Positions 19,580 to 29,583 of a stretch of 64,000 bases of DNA are shown here, in pieces (position 1 is the stretch's first letter; each line of letters opens with the position of its first letter). Below the pieces are notes generated by a model that was not told where the DNA came from, did no database searches, and saw nothing but the letters and a program-made list of their open reading frames with translations. Source of the DNA: Candidatus Latescibacterota bacterium (lineage in GTDB: Bacteria > Latescibacterota > UBA2968); assembly GCA_965222605.1 (NCBI GenBank), contig OZ244960.1, positions 3,680,001-3,744,000 on the forward strand, in the 5' to 3' direction. The translations under genes and the position numbers were made by a program.

Positions 19580-20347
19580 TTATTTTGTTTTTTGATCGGG
19601 CGATGGGATGGGGTCAAGGCCGTGCCGAGAGATGAAGCGATCGACCTGGCGAAAGAGGCGGTGGATGGTCGCTACGTCGCGGTGTTCCATGTCGATGCGG
19701 CTGAAGATTCGGCGGATGGATCGGATGAAGGTCTGGGGGCGATGCCGCGAGACAAAGCCGAGTTTGTCGAGCGCTGTTTGGATGTGGTCATACATGGATT
19801 CGAGTTCGCGGTGCGTAGCCAAGTCGAGTTCTGATGGTTTGTAGGGGGCTTCGGAATGGGTTGCGCGAAAGAGTTCGTAGCCATAGATGAGGGTGGCTTG
19901 CGATAGGTTGAGGGAGGGATAGCGCACTGCCGAGGGGATGCGGGAGATTAGCTGACACAGTTGGATTTCGTTGTTGGTCAGTCCGTTTTCTTCCCGGCCA
20001 AAGACAATGGCTCCTTTGTGGTTTTCGGGAAGGGTCAACAGTTTGTCTGTCGCGGTTTGGGGCGGGTGTACGATGTCGAATTCGCGGCGTTTGCGATGGG
20101 ATGTGCCCACGGCGAGAGATACGTCTTCGAGTGCTTCGGGTAGTGAGGATACGACGGTTGCACCGTAGAGGATATCGCCCGATCCGTGCGCCATTGCGCG
20201 GGCAGTGCCGCTGGTGTGGTCGGGCGGGTTGACGAGATAGAGGCGCGATAGACCGGTGTTTTTCATCGCGCGAGCCACAGCGCCGATGTTGCCGGGTTCT
20301 TTGGGTTCAACCAGGACGATTCGGATGTGGTCGAGGGGGTTGGACAT
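19580..20347 (-). CDS. SPOUT RNA methyltransferase, TrmJ/LasT family
   Basis: IVLVEP..PGNIGAVARAMKN, VFGRE..GL.N.E, SLNLSQA. Confidence 0.88.
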   Translation of the reverse strand: MSNPLDHIRIVLVEPKEPGNIGAVARAMKNTGLSRLYLVNPPDHTSGTARAMAHGSGDILYGATVVSSLPEALEDVSLAVGTSHRKRREFDIVHPPQTATDKLLTLPENHKGAIVFGREENGLTNNEIQLCQLISRIPSAVRYPSLNLSQATLIYGYELFRATHSEAPYKPSELDLATHRELESMYDHIQTALDKLGFVSRHRPQTFIRSIRRIFSRIDMEHRDVATIHRLFRQVDRFISRHGLDPIPSPDQKTK

Positions 20348-21521
20348 GGTGGTCTCCATAAAAACTGTGTCTTACCTCGGTCATGGCGTCTAATAATTGT
20401 GCGATGTCGTCGTCGGTATGGGTTGCCATGACGGAGAGGCGCAGACGGCTTTGGCCCTCGGGTACGGTGGGGGGGCGTATGCCGTAGAGATAGATGCCGC
20501 GGTTGTAGAGGTACTCGGATATTTCAACGGTTTTTTGGGCGTCGCCAACGAGTATGGGTATGATATGGGTTTGGGATTGGGCGAGGTCGAAGCCGAGGGT
20601 TTGAAGACGCTGGCTGATGGTTGTGGTGTTGTGCCTCAGGCGCTGGCGCAAGCTGGCGTCGCGTTGGATGAGGTCGAGTGCCGCGGTGGTGGATGCACAG
20701 GCGTCGGGTGGCATTGCGGTGGTGTAGATATAAGCTGCCGAGCGGTTGCGAATGAGGTCGATGAGGTCGCGGCTGCCACAGATAAAACCGCCGGATGCGC
20801 CGAGGGCTTTGCTGCCCGAGGTCATGAGGATGTCGATGGTATCGGGGGAAAGGCCAAAGTGTTCGAAGGTGCCGCGACCGGTTGGACCGAGGATGCCGGT
20901 TGCGTGGGCGTCATCGACCATGAGGATGGCGTTGTATTGTTCGGCGAGGGAGACGAGTTCGGGCAGTGGGGCGATGTCTCCGTCCATTGAGAAGATGCCA
21001 TCGGTGACGATGAGGCGACGCCGATAGGCGGATGAGGTTTTGAGCTGGGATTCGAGGTGGGCGATGTCGCAGTGGTTATAGATGGCAATTTTTGCGCGGG
21101 AGAGGCGACAGCCATCAATGATGCTGCGGTGATTTAATTGGTCGCTAAAAATGATGTCGTCGCGGTTGATGAGGGCGGGTATGACGCCGAGGTTGGCTGT
21201 GTAGCCTGTGGGAAATGCGATGGCGGCTTCTGTGCCGAGGAATTGCGCCATGCTGCTTTCGAGGTCGGCATGCGGGGGCATATATCCCGAGATGAGTGCT
21301 GATGCTACGGTGCTGCTTCCATAGGTGTTGAGCGCTTCGACTGCTGCACCTTTGAGGACGGGATGGTTGGCGAGGCCCAGGTAGTTGTTTGAGCAAAAGA
21401 GGATGAGTTCCCGCCCTTTGATGCGGATGCGGGGTTCCTGGCTGGTTTCTACACATCGCACGGAGCGGTAGAGGTTTTGCTCGTGCAATGCCTGGAGTTC
21501 TGAATTGAGATCGGGCAACAT
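20307..21521 (-). CDS. bioF: 8-amino-7-oxononanoate synthase
   Basis: FCSNNYLGL, DGIFSMDGD, VDDAHA.G, SKALG, IRPPTVP. Confidence 0.85.
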   Translation of the reverse strand: MLPDLNSELQALHEQNLYRSVRCVETSQEPRIRIKGRELILFCSNNYLGLANHPVLKGAAVEALNTYGSSTVASALISGYMPPHADLESSMAQFLGTEAAIAFPTGYTANLGVIPALINRDDIIFSDQLNHRSIIDGCRLSRAKIAIYNHCDIAHLESQLKTSSAYRRRLIVTDGIFSMDGDIAPLPELVSLAEQYNAILMVDDAHATGILGPTGRGTFEHFGLSPDTIDILMTSGSKALGASGGFICGSRDLIDLIRNRSAAYIYTTAMPPDACASTTAALDLIQRDASLRQRLRHNTTTISQRLQTLGFDLAQSQTHIIPILVGDAQKTVEISEYLYNRGIYLYGIRPPTVPEGQSRLRLSVMATHTDDDIAQLLDAMTEVRHSFYGDHHVQPPRPHPNRPG

Positions 21522-21675
21522 GGGTTATAACCGGTTTGTTTTGTTGGACGGCAATTGACAGGGATTTGACCCGCATTTATATTCCATAATCTTTGTGTTT
21601 TTTGCAACAGGGATTTTGTTTGTGATTTTTGCTAATCCGAATGGTTTTTGAATTGATGGGGTTAAAAGAGGGAAG

Positions 21676-23979
21676 ATGACAGATAATATGGCGCAGGACA
21701 ATACGTTGGGTTGGAGGTTATCGCTCGGGTATCCGATTTTGTCGGGTTTGATTATGGCAGCGGCATTTCCGCCTTTGCCACTCGGTTTTTTGGCCTGTAT
21801 CAGTTTGTTGCCTCTGATTCCCGTTGCCGAAAATTTGCGTGGGCGCGTGGCTTTTGGCGCGGGTTTTTTGCAGGGTCTGGTTTTTTACGGTGCGAGTATT
21901 TATTGGATTGCGTGGATTACTCCCCCGGGTATGGCGGGGGCAATTTTGTATATGTCGCTTTTTCGGGGGCTGTTTGTGTGGTTGTGGTCGTTTGCACTGG
22001 CGCGCGCTGGCAGGCTGGGTTTGTGGATGACGCCCTTTTTGTGGGTGGGTTTTGAATATTTTAATACGCTGGGCGATATGGGTTTTTCGTGGATGTTGCT
22101 CGGGCATACCCAGGTGGATTATTTGCCTTTGATTCAAATTGCAGAAGCGACCGGGGTTTACGGTGTGTCGTTTTGGGTGGTGGTGGTTAATCTCATTGCG
22201 TTTCAGGCTGTGAGAAGTGCGCAGCGCGGCTTGATGGTTGGTGTTTTGGTTTTGGTTTTTGCTCTGCCATTGGGATTTGGTTTGTGGCGCATGGCAGAGC
22301 CGGTTGCCGAGGGCGATTTGAAGGTCGCTATTGTGCAGCAAAATGTGCCACCCGTTGAGAAATCTTACTGGGGTTTTGATCACAATTTTGATAAGCTGAA
22401 ACCTTTGACTATTCAGGCAGCAGAGACAGGGGCGCGATTGGTTGTGTGGTCAGAGGCGGCTTTGCCCGCGTATTTGAAGCGTGATGATGCATTGCAACAA
22501 GCGTATCAGGCGCGGGTGCAGGCACTGGTCGATTCGCTGGGTATTTATCTGTTCATGGGATCCAATCGCTTCGAGGCCGCGGCGCGGGATCGGTATTACA
22601 ATTCTTCTTTTTTGTTTGAGCCGGGTGGGGGCGATTTGCCGCATTACGACAAGGTGAAGGTGGTGCCGTTTGGAGAGCGGACGCCTTTTCCCGAGTTGCT
22701 CGGGTTTTTGCGCGATTTTCGGTGGAGCGGCGGGGGGTATATCAGTGGGGATTTTGAAAGCGGGACTGCGCGAACGGTTTTTGAGGTGCCGGGTGGAAAG
22801 TTTTCCGGTATGATTTGTTTTGATTCGGTGTTTCCCTGGCTTGCGCGCGATATGATGGTTCGGGGTGCCGAGTTTTTGGTGGTGATTACCAATGATGGGT
22901 GGTATGGGCGGACGGCAGCGCCTTATCAGCACGCGGATATTGCAACTTTCAGAGCTGTTGAAAACAGGCGTTGGGTGGTGCGCTGTGCCAATACGGGTGT
23001 GTCGATGTTTGTCGATCCCTATGGGCGGCAAGAGCAAAAGACGGGTTTGTTTCACGAGGCTGTTGTGGCCGGGACGATTGCACCGCGCAATGAGCAGACG
23101 CTTTATATGCGGTTTGGCGATTTGTTTTCTCAGTTGTGTGGCGTGATTGCGTTGATGGGGTTGGCGGTGTCGGCTATTCGGCGGCCGCAAGAGGTGGAGG
23201 AGGAGGTTGCACCGCCTGAAGGTACGGTGCCGGCGATTATGCCAGACCGGGATGGGGAACTTCCCGATAATGGCAAGCCGATGCCGTTTCTCGATCATCT
23301 GGAGGAGTTGCGGTGGCGCATTTTGAAGGGTTTGAGCGCGATTATTATAGGTGCGATTTTTTGCGGAATTTTTGTCAATGAGATTTTGGCCGTGCTGCTC
23401 CATCCTACCCGCGAACTGGAAAATGAACTGATATTGCAGACGTTAAGACCGATGGGCATGTTTATGGTCAAGCTGGAGATCGCGCTGGTGGGCGGGGGGA
23501 TTCTGGCGCTGCCGTTTTTGATTTATCAGATCTGGATGTTTGTTGCGCCCGGTCTGTTTGCCAGCGAGCGGCGATTTGTCACGTTTGTAATTGGTTCGGC
23601 CACTTTGTGTTTTGTTGTGGGTGCTGTTTTGGCGTACTGGCTGGTTATTCCACTGGCGATGAAGTTTTTTGTTGGCCTTGCTGCTGATACGGGTGTGAAG
23701 CCGCAGTTTGATATTGGAGAGTATATCGGTTTTGTGCTGCGCCTTCTGGTGGCTTTTGGCCTGGTGTTTGAGTTGCCCGTGTTGACGTTTTTTCTGGCTA
23801 AGATGGGGATTGCGACACGCGATCGGATGCAAAAAGGACGGCGTTATGCGCTTTTGGCCGGGTTTGTACTGGCCGCCATTTTGACCCCTCCCGATCCCCT
23901 GTCTCAGCTTTTGATGGCGATGCCGCTTATCGTTTTGTACGAGATTAGTATTTGGGTGGCGTGGTTTGTGAATGAATAG
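21676..23979 (+). CDS. lnt-tatC: Fusion of apolipoprotein N-acyltransferase (Lnt, ~aa1-500) and Tat translocase subunit TatC (from aa536, nt 23281)
   Basis: Lnt triad motifs WSEAA, YDK..VPFGE, ICFDS, plus TNDGWYG and RAVENRR; TatC motifs DHLEELRWR, YQIWMFVAPGL, FELP, LTPPDP; one ORF with no stop. Confidence 0.88.
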   Translation: MTDNMAQDNTLGWRLSLGYPILSGLIMAAAFPPLPLGFLACISLLPLIPVAENLRGRVAFGAGFLQGLVFYGASIYWIAWITPPGMAGAILYMSLFRGLFVWLWSFALARAGRLGLWMTPFLWVGFEYFNTLGDMGFSWMLLGHTQVDYLPLIQIAEATGVYGVSFWVVVVNLIAFQAVRSAQRGLMVGVLVLVFALPLGFGLWRMAEPVAEGDLKVAIVQQNVPPVEKSYWGFDHNFDKLKPLTIQAAETGARLVVWSEAALPAYLKRDDALQQAYQARVQALVDSLGIYLFMGSNRFEAAARDRYYNSSFLFEPGGGDLPHYDKVKVVPFGERTPFPELLGFLRDFRWSGGGYISGDFESGTARTVFEVPGGKFSGMICFDSVFPWLARDMMVRGAEFLVVITNDGWYGRTAAPYQHADIATFRAVENRRWVVRCANTGVSMFVDPYGRQEQKTGLFHEAVVAGTIAPRNEQTLYMRFGDLFSQLCGVIALMGLAVSAIRRPQEVEEEVAPPEGTVPAIMPDRDGELPDNGKPMPFLDHLEELRWRILKGLSAIIIGAIFCGIFVNEILAVLLHPTRELENELILQTLRPMGMFMVKLEIALVGGGILALPFLIYQIWMFVAPGLFASERRFVTFVIGSATLCFVVGAVLAYWLVIPLAMKFFVGLAADTGVKPQFDIGEYIGFVLRLLVAFGLVFELPVLTFFLAKMGIATRDRMQKGRRYALLAGFVLAAILTPPDPLSQLLMAMPLIVLYEISIWVAWFVNE

Positions 23980-23997
23980 CGATTAGAGGAGTGGATA

Positions 23998-24771
23998 GTG
24001 AAGATTTGTTTATTGGCAAGTGGGAGTGGTGGCAATTCGATTTGTGTTCAAAATGGTTCTTCAGGTGTGCTTATCGATGCGGGTTTAACGGGTAAGAAGA
24101 TCGAAGAGCGTCTGCAAAGTATCGGGGTTAATCCAGCGGGTTTGCAGGCTATTTTGGTGAGTCACGAGCATTCCGATCACATTAAGGGGGTGGGTGTGTT
24201 GGCGCGGCGATATGGGCTACCCGTTTGGATGACTGAGGGTACGTTGAATGCTTCGAAGAAGATTTTTCGCGGGACTGAGAGAATTAGGGTGTTTGCAAAT
24301 GATGAGGCATTTTCAATTGGCGATTTGTCTTTTCAGGCGTTCCAATTGCCTCACGATGCCGCTGATCCCGTGAATTTTTCTGTGACGGATGGTCATTCCA
24401 ATGTGACTGTTGCAACAGATATGGGTACGGTGACGCAGTTGGTTTATCAGCATATGCGCCGCGCCGATCTGGTGATTATTGAGACGAATTACGACTGGCA
24501 GTTGCTTATGGATGGGCCTTATCCATGGCATTTGAAGCAGAGGATCAGTAGCACGCACGGCCATTTGTCAAATGATGGGGCAGCCGAGGCGTTGTGCGAT
24601 CTGGCGCGAGAGGGATTGCAACAGGCGGTTCTGGCGCATTTGAGCGAGAAAAATAACCGGCCGGATTTGGCGCGGGAAACTTGTGCGGATATGTTGCGAG
24701 GTCAGGGTATTCGGTCTTTTCCGATGAGCGTGGCCGAGCAAGATCGTCCCAGTGATATATTTGTGATTTGA
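23998..24771 (+). CDS. MBL-fold metallo-hydrolase, YycJ/WalJ-like
   Basis: LASGSGGN, SHEHSDH, HDA.DP, GHLSN, AHLSE.NN. Confidence 0.88.
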   Translation: MKICLLASGSGGNSICVQNGSSGVLIDAGLTGKKIEERLQSIGVNPAGLQAILVSHEHSDHIKGVGVLARRYGLPVWMTEGTLNASKKIFRGTERIRVFANDEAFSIGDLSFQAFQLPHDAADPVNFSVTDGHSNVTVATDMGTVTQLVYQHMRRADLVIIETNYDWQLLMDGPYPWHLKQRISSTHGHLSNDGAAEALCDLAREGLQQAVLAHLSEKNNRPDLARETCADMLRGQGIRSFPMSVAEQDRPSDIFVI

Positions 24772-24786
24772 TTTGGAAGGGTAGCG

Positions 24787-25821
24787 ATGGAAAAATGGAT
24801 TGAAGAGCTTGTGATAGGGTTGGCCAGTCCGTTCCTTTTAGTGATTATTGCGGTGACGCTGTACACGCTTGGCAAAGGCGCGAATTGGCTCGTTGATGAG
24901 GCTGTGACGCTTTCGGTGCGCTGGGGGCTGGGGAAAGCGGTTATCGGTGCGACGATTGTGAGTATTGGCACGACGACGCCGGAAGCGGCGGTGTCCGTGT
25001 TTTCGGCGATTCAAGGAAAACCGGGGCTTGCTCTTGGGAATGCCGTCGGTTCGATTATTTGCGATACGGGCCTTATCATTGGCCTGGCGTCTCTGATTGC
25101 TCCCTTACCTCTCAACCGCCAGTTGGCGTCGCGGTTGTCAAATGTGCAGGTGGGGGCTGGTATTCTTCTGGTGCTCGCCTGTTTTCCGTGGGCTTCTCCC
25201 GCGAAATTATTTAGCCAGGGTGGGGTTTTGCCACAGTTCGTTGGCTTCGCCTTTGTCGCACTTTTGGGGCTTTATATTTGGCAGTCGATCAGATGGGCTG
25301 CAACCATGTCGGATACTGAGCGTGAAGATGCAACCGATGCGGAGGGTAGTCACGCGGTCGTTGTGCTCGTCAAGTTGCTCCTGGCGATTGCTGTTATTGT
25401 TATTTCAGCCCAAATTCTTATCCCCAGTGTGAGCGTTTTGGCAGAGAGAATTGGTGTGCCCAAACACATTATTTCGGCAACGCTCGTCGCGTTTGGCACG
25501 TCGCTCCCAGAACTCGTGACGGCGATTACCGCTGTTAGACGCGGGCACGGCGAGCTGGCGGTTGGCAATATTATTGGTGCAGATATTCTCAATGTGCTCT
25601 TTGTCGCTGGTGTCTCGGCCGCAGCAACGCAAGGTGGCTTGCAAGCCGATGGTCAGTTTTTCCAGTTTTTGTTCCCGGCAATGGTGTTTATTCTCATCGT
25701 TTTTCGCTGCGGCATTTTTGTGTCGGGTAACGCGTTGAAGCGTCCTTTTGGGATCGTTCTGATGGCGACGTGGCTTTTGGTGACTCTGCTCAGTTATGTG
25801 TTGTCCATAGATATGTATTAG
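24787..25821 (+). CDS. Na+/Ca2+ antiporter, CaCA (YrbG) family
   Basis: Alpha-repeat motifs GTTTPE and GTSLPE; GN..GS/GA. Confidence 0.9.
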   Translation: MEKWIEELVIGLASPFLLVIIAVTLYTLGKGANWLVDEAVTLSVRWGLGKAVIGATIVSIGTTTPEAAVSVFSAIQGKPGLALGNAVGSIICDTGLIIGLASLIAPLPLNRQLASRLSNVQVGAGILLVLACFPWASPAKLFSQGGVLPQFVGFAFVALLGLYIWQSIRWAATMSDTEREDATDAEGSHAVVVLVKLLLAIAVIVISAQILIPSVSVLAERIGVPKHIISATLVAFGTSLPELVTAITAVRRGHGELAVGNIIGADILNVLFVAGVSAAATQGGLQADGQFFQFLFPAMVFILIVFRCGIFVSGNALKRPFGIVLMATWLLVTLLSYVLSIDMY

Positions 25822-25838
25822 GTCGTGTCTTTGGCTCC

Positions 25839-27821
25839 TCACCAGGTATAGATCATGTGTCCGCGTCCGTTGAACCAGATTATATCTACGATTGCCGATA
25901 TGCCCACAGCCATTGCGTGTCCCACGGTCAGTCCTATGAAGAAGGGCGCAATCCGGCGATAAAGCAGGGCACCCCCGGTGCGGAGTACTATGATCTTGAT
26001 AGTCCAGACGATGAAGATGGGCAGTGCAGATATCCGTATCAGCGAGGTTCCAGAAATCGGGAACCCAATGGGGTTGATGGGCCACCACGGGAAGCGGTAG
26101 CGCAGAAATAGCAGGGCTGACATAATGGCGATTCCGAGCCAGAAGAAGGTGATTTTCCAGCCGCTGGGCGGGAAGGGATTGCCCATCTTGCCGACCACTT
26201 TTCCCAGTAGCCGTCGAGGTCCGCTGGAGAAAGGTCCCAGGGGGTTGAAGTTGTAAGCACCCAGGCTGTATCCGAGGTGCAGGGTATAGACGAGAGAAAC
26301 CAGCGTTCCCACAACGAGTGCTCCCAGCAATGCGAGAAGCATCCTTCGCCTATTCGCCCGGACGATATCTGTGAGTTTCACAGCGTGAACGAGCGCGGGG
26401 AGAAAGAGTCCTTGTCCGTGAGAGAGCAGGGCATAAGAGAATCCCAAAACTGTCATACTGCTTTGGGCAACGGATGTGGACCCCAGGCTGTAGAAACAGA
26501 ACGATTGCGCTGTCATTGGACCCCGTACGGATATGAGGCCCGACTCTGCTACGATACGGGCGACTCCCAGATGAATCACAAGCGTCGCAAACAGGAAGAG
26601 CCAGACAACCGATAGCTCCATACCGGCGTAGTGCAGCCATCCCACGATGAAAGCGGCGCTGAGGACAAGTCCCCAGAATGCGGTTCGGTAGGAGACCATT
26701 TCTCCTCGATCATCCAGCCCCCCCCGCGCGGCAAAGGCCGTCGCTATAACGCTCCTTATGTGGTGTCGCCCTATCCATAAACTCCATCCGACGAAAGCCG
26801 TCATTGCTCCCATTCCCTGCCAGCTATAAGCTGAGTGGTGTGACGACCACAGATCGCCGTTTGGTCCTATGTCGAATCCCACGCGGTTAAAGACCCAGAC
26901 CTGGCCCAGGAAGAATAAAAGAAAGACCCAGAAACTGCCCAGGACTTCCACATTGGCAAAATAGGTGAATCCCATTAAAAAAAAGTTGAGACGAAGTGGA
27001 ATGGATGGCAGTCCTCCTCCGAGCGCGAGATTTCCCAGGCTCTGCGGGATGGCGGGAAAAAGCGGCGAGAAAAACGACCCGATGTTCCAGGAGACCGCGA
27101 CAAAGGCGAGTCCGGCACCTATCCAAAAGATGCGATGCCTCAGGATGTCGGGAAGCCGCTCATCACCTTCTGTGATGGCGAGTGCCGGCATCAGCATTGG
27201 GTAGATCAGACGCTCGTGCTCCGACCACTGGCGCCGCAGAACCACTGCAAGACAGATCGATCCGAGTGTCATCGCAGCAATCAGGCAGGACCACCAGAGG
27301 AGGGGTACGATCCACACATCCCATGGAATCGCGATTCCTTCGGGTAACCCTTCGAAGAGCCACTGCATGGCTGTCTTCTGTGAAGGGGCAAACCACGTGG
27401 GCAGATGGGGATGGAGGTACTCAGCCCAACCGTTTTCCGGTGTGGCGAAATAGTAGGGAGACGCGATAATGCCGAGAAAGAATCCGGTTAGACCCGCTGT
27501 GGGCAGGATGGATCCGAGGAGGCCGAGGGCGAGGGCTACAAGGAACTCAGAACGCGAAAATCCCAGGAAGCGACGGCACCGCTGAAGGATCGGATTGAGG
27601 AGAAGGGTCAGGAGAGCGTAGGAAAAGAAAAGCGCGATAGAAAAGTGGTTGAGATTGGTCTTGGACGACCGGACAATGTAATCCAGGTAGTTGATGAAGA
27701 GGTTGAGAAAGATCACCAGCGCAAGGCCAAGCAGGATGGCGCGCCGGGTGACCCCTTCCCTGCGTGCTGGCTCCGCAGATGTGGTCGCACCTACCTGGGA
27801 AGTGATTTCCGGCTTTGACAC
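25839..27821 (-). CDS. Large polytopic membrane protein, DUF6785/DUF6784-like (putative transporter)
   Basis: YFATPENGW, LRRQW..HERL.YP, R.VAESG, RFPWWPINPIG, YRR..PFFIGL. Confidence 0.7.
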   Translation of the reverse strand: MSKPEITSQVGATTSAEPARREGVTRRAILLGLALVIFLNLFINYLDYIVRSSKTNLNHFSIALFFSYALLTLLLNPILQRCRRFLGFSRSEFLVALALGLLGSILPTAGLTGFFLGIIASPYYFATPENGWAEYLHPHLPTWFAPSQKTAMQWLFEGLPEGIAIPWDVWIVPLLWWSCLIAAMTLGSICLAVVLRRQWSEHERLIYPMLMPALAITEGDERLPDILRHRIFWIGAGLAFVAVSWNIGSFFSPLFPAIPQSLGNLALGGGLPSIPLRLNFFLMGFTYFANVEVLGSFWVFLLFFLGQVWVFNRVGFDIGPNGDLWSSHHSAYSWQGMGAMTAFVGWSLWIGRHHIRSVIATAFAARGGLDDRGEMVSYRTAFWGLVLSAAFIVGWLHYAGMELSVVWLFLFATLVIHLGVARIVAESGLISVRGPMTAQSFCFYSLGSTSVAQSSMTVLGFSYALLSHGQGLFLPALVHAVKLTDIVRANRRRMLLALLGALVVGTLVSLVYTLHLGYSLGAYNFNPLGPFSSGPRRLLGKVVGKMGNPFPPSGWKITFFWLGIAIMSALLFLRYRFPWWPINPIGFPISGTSLIRISALPIFIVWTIKIIVLRTGGALLYRRIAPFFIGLTVGHAMAVGISAIVDIIWFNGRGHMIYTW

Positions 27822-27830
27822 GGTTTTCCT

Positions 27831-28589
27831 TCAGGTGATCTTTAAGAGCCTGCCAGCGCCTCTGCCGAGATAGGTTCTTGAGTTGGCGCCCGGGTAAGCA
27901 TAACCGTTTATAAAAACACGCCGCGGTTTTTGCGAGCGGTTCGGTTCGCTGCCGTGAATGACATAGGGATTGAACAGGGCCACGCTGCCGGCTTTCATGA
28001 TTCCCGTAACAGCGTCGTCGGGGTTGAAGAGCGTCCGGCGTTCTTCTTCGCTGCGACTCAGCAAACCCAGATGTCCCAATTTACAACTTCCGGGGATAAA
28101 TTTCAACGGTCCATTTTCTTCGGTCACATCGTCAATGGCGATGGCTTGCTGGACAAAGCTGCCGCGCCCGTTGACGTCCTTCCAGCCGGGTTTTCCATAT
28201 CCCCGGTTCTCGCTGTCCTGGTGCCAGGGAAATGCTACATTGTCGCCGGGTATTTTGAAATGGGCCTGGTTGATCAATTGGTTCATCTCGTTGCTGCCCA
28301 GCAACTGGCTCGCCATCCCGAGCAGGCGATGGTCTTTGCCATAGGCGAGCAGGACTGGTTCGGCTGCCCCGCACCAGGAGATGCGCCGAATGATGACCCG
28401 GCCCGATTCCGTTCGATCAATGGCAAAATCAGAGCCTTTGTGTATCCCGGCTTCCGATAGCGAGTAAGCCATTTCCTGCAGACGGTCGAATCCGGCTCGC
28501 ATTTCTTCGATTTCGGTGGGTGTGAAAATGTCCGGTACGATGATGAATCCAATTTCGAAGAATGCTTCGACTTGTTCTCCACTGAGCAT
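27831..28589 (-). CDS. Phytanoyl-CoA dioxygenase (PhyH)-family Fe(II)/2OG oxygenase
   Basis: WHQD, AIDD.TEENG.L.FIPGS, IHGS.PN.S..PRR. Confidence 0.88.
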   Translation of the reverse strand: MLSGEQVEAFFEIGFIIVPDIFTPTEIEEMRAGFDRLQEMAYSLSEAGIHKGSDFAIDRTESGRVIIRRISWCGAAEPVLLAYGKDHRLLGMASQLLGSNEMNQLINQAHFKIPGDNVAFPWHQDSENRGYGKPGWKDVNGRGSFVQQAIAIDDVTEENGPLKFIPGSCKLGHLGLLSRSEEERRTLFNPDDAVTGIMKAGSVALFNPYVIHGSEPNRSQKPRRVFINGYAYPGANSRTYLGRGAGRLLKIT

Positions 28590-28609
28590 CGGGGGAGGAG
28601 ATAGGTTTC

Positions 28610-29551
28610 TCAGAATGCACCTCCGACGCTGATGCGGATAGGCTCGTTCAACAGATTTCCAAAGTTCGTGTAGGATACATCCACCGTGAACATGCGGTCA
28701 TCTAACTTCCATTTGACTCCCGTACCCAGACTAAAACTCTCAGCGTCATAGTTAAACTTGTAGCCGCCTCTGAGAGCCAACACATTCACCAGCCAGATTT
28801 CGGCACCCACATGGACCCGCGTCCCGAAATCGGTTACGAAAAGGGCCTCGGAGGAAAGTGTGGCGTAGGAGGGATCTCCCTGCTCACCGTAAATCTCCAT
28901 CGCCCCGCCAATCGAGAATACGCTCGGTACGAAGAATGGTTGCTCGTCAATCGTGATGTCTTTGCTGAGGTTTCGGAGAGACATCGCCAGTCGGGTGCTT
29001 TTGAATCCCGTCTTGAACCAACTGCCGACGTTGAAGTCGAATGTGTTGATGGTTTCCAGATCGAGGGACTCGCGAATGATTCGGAGTTGCGCGCCAAAGG
29101 AGAACCGATCGGTCAGCGTGATGGCATAAGCGGCCCCTACGGCCAGGTCTCCCAGGTCCAGCGTGCGTCCGGTGCCATTCGGTGCAAAGATGGTCGTTTC
29201 TTCCACATCACCGGGGTCCAGAGCGATCACACCAAGTCCGAGAGCTGCGCGTCCGTATTTGATCGCAAATGCTCCCGAGTAAATTTTTGTATCTACAAGC
29301 CAATTGGTATATGAAAGCGTATAGGCTCGCTTTTCAATCTTCGTCAGTCCGGCCGGATTCCAGAAGATCGCGTCAATCCCATCAGAAATCGCCGTAAATG
29401 CTCCTCCCATAGCTGCCGGACGTGCGCCCTGTCCGATCTTCAGGAAATTCAAACCCGACCGGCCAACCCGTTCTGGCGGGTCATCTACGGCGCCTTCCGC
29501 ATTATAGGCGATTAGGGAAAGGATCAGTGCAATGCAGAATACTTTGTTCAC
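28610..29551 (-). CDS. PorV/PorQ-like (UPF0164) outer-membrane barrel
   Basis: FLKIGQGAR.AAMGGAF, AIFWNPAGL, LRGGYKFNYD, C-terminal F; GTG start with AGGAGG RBS. Confidence 0.8.
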   Translation of the reverse strand: MNKVFCIALILSLIAYNAEGAVDDPPERVGRSGLNFLKIGQGARPAAMGGAFTAISDGIDAIFWNPAGLTKIEKRAYTLSYTNWLVDTKIYSGAFAIKYGRAALGLGVIALDPGDVEETTIFAPNGTGRTLDLGDLAVGAAYAITLTDRFSFGAQLRIIRESLDLETINTFDFNVGSWFKTGFKSTRLAMSLRNLSKDITIDEQPFFVPSVFSIGGAMEIYGEQGDPSYATLSSEALFVTDFGTRVHVGAEIWLVNVLALRGGYKFNYDAESFSLGTGVKWKLDDRMFTVDVSYTNFGNLLNEPIRISVGGAF

Positions 29552-29583
29552 TGAGGGCCTCCTTTTGAGGATGCATGGCAATC

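Noticed and set aside
21522-21600. BirA operator upstream of bioF
   Set aside because: No adequate TGTAAACC-N14/16-GGTTTACA palindrome.
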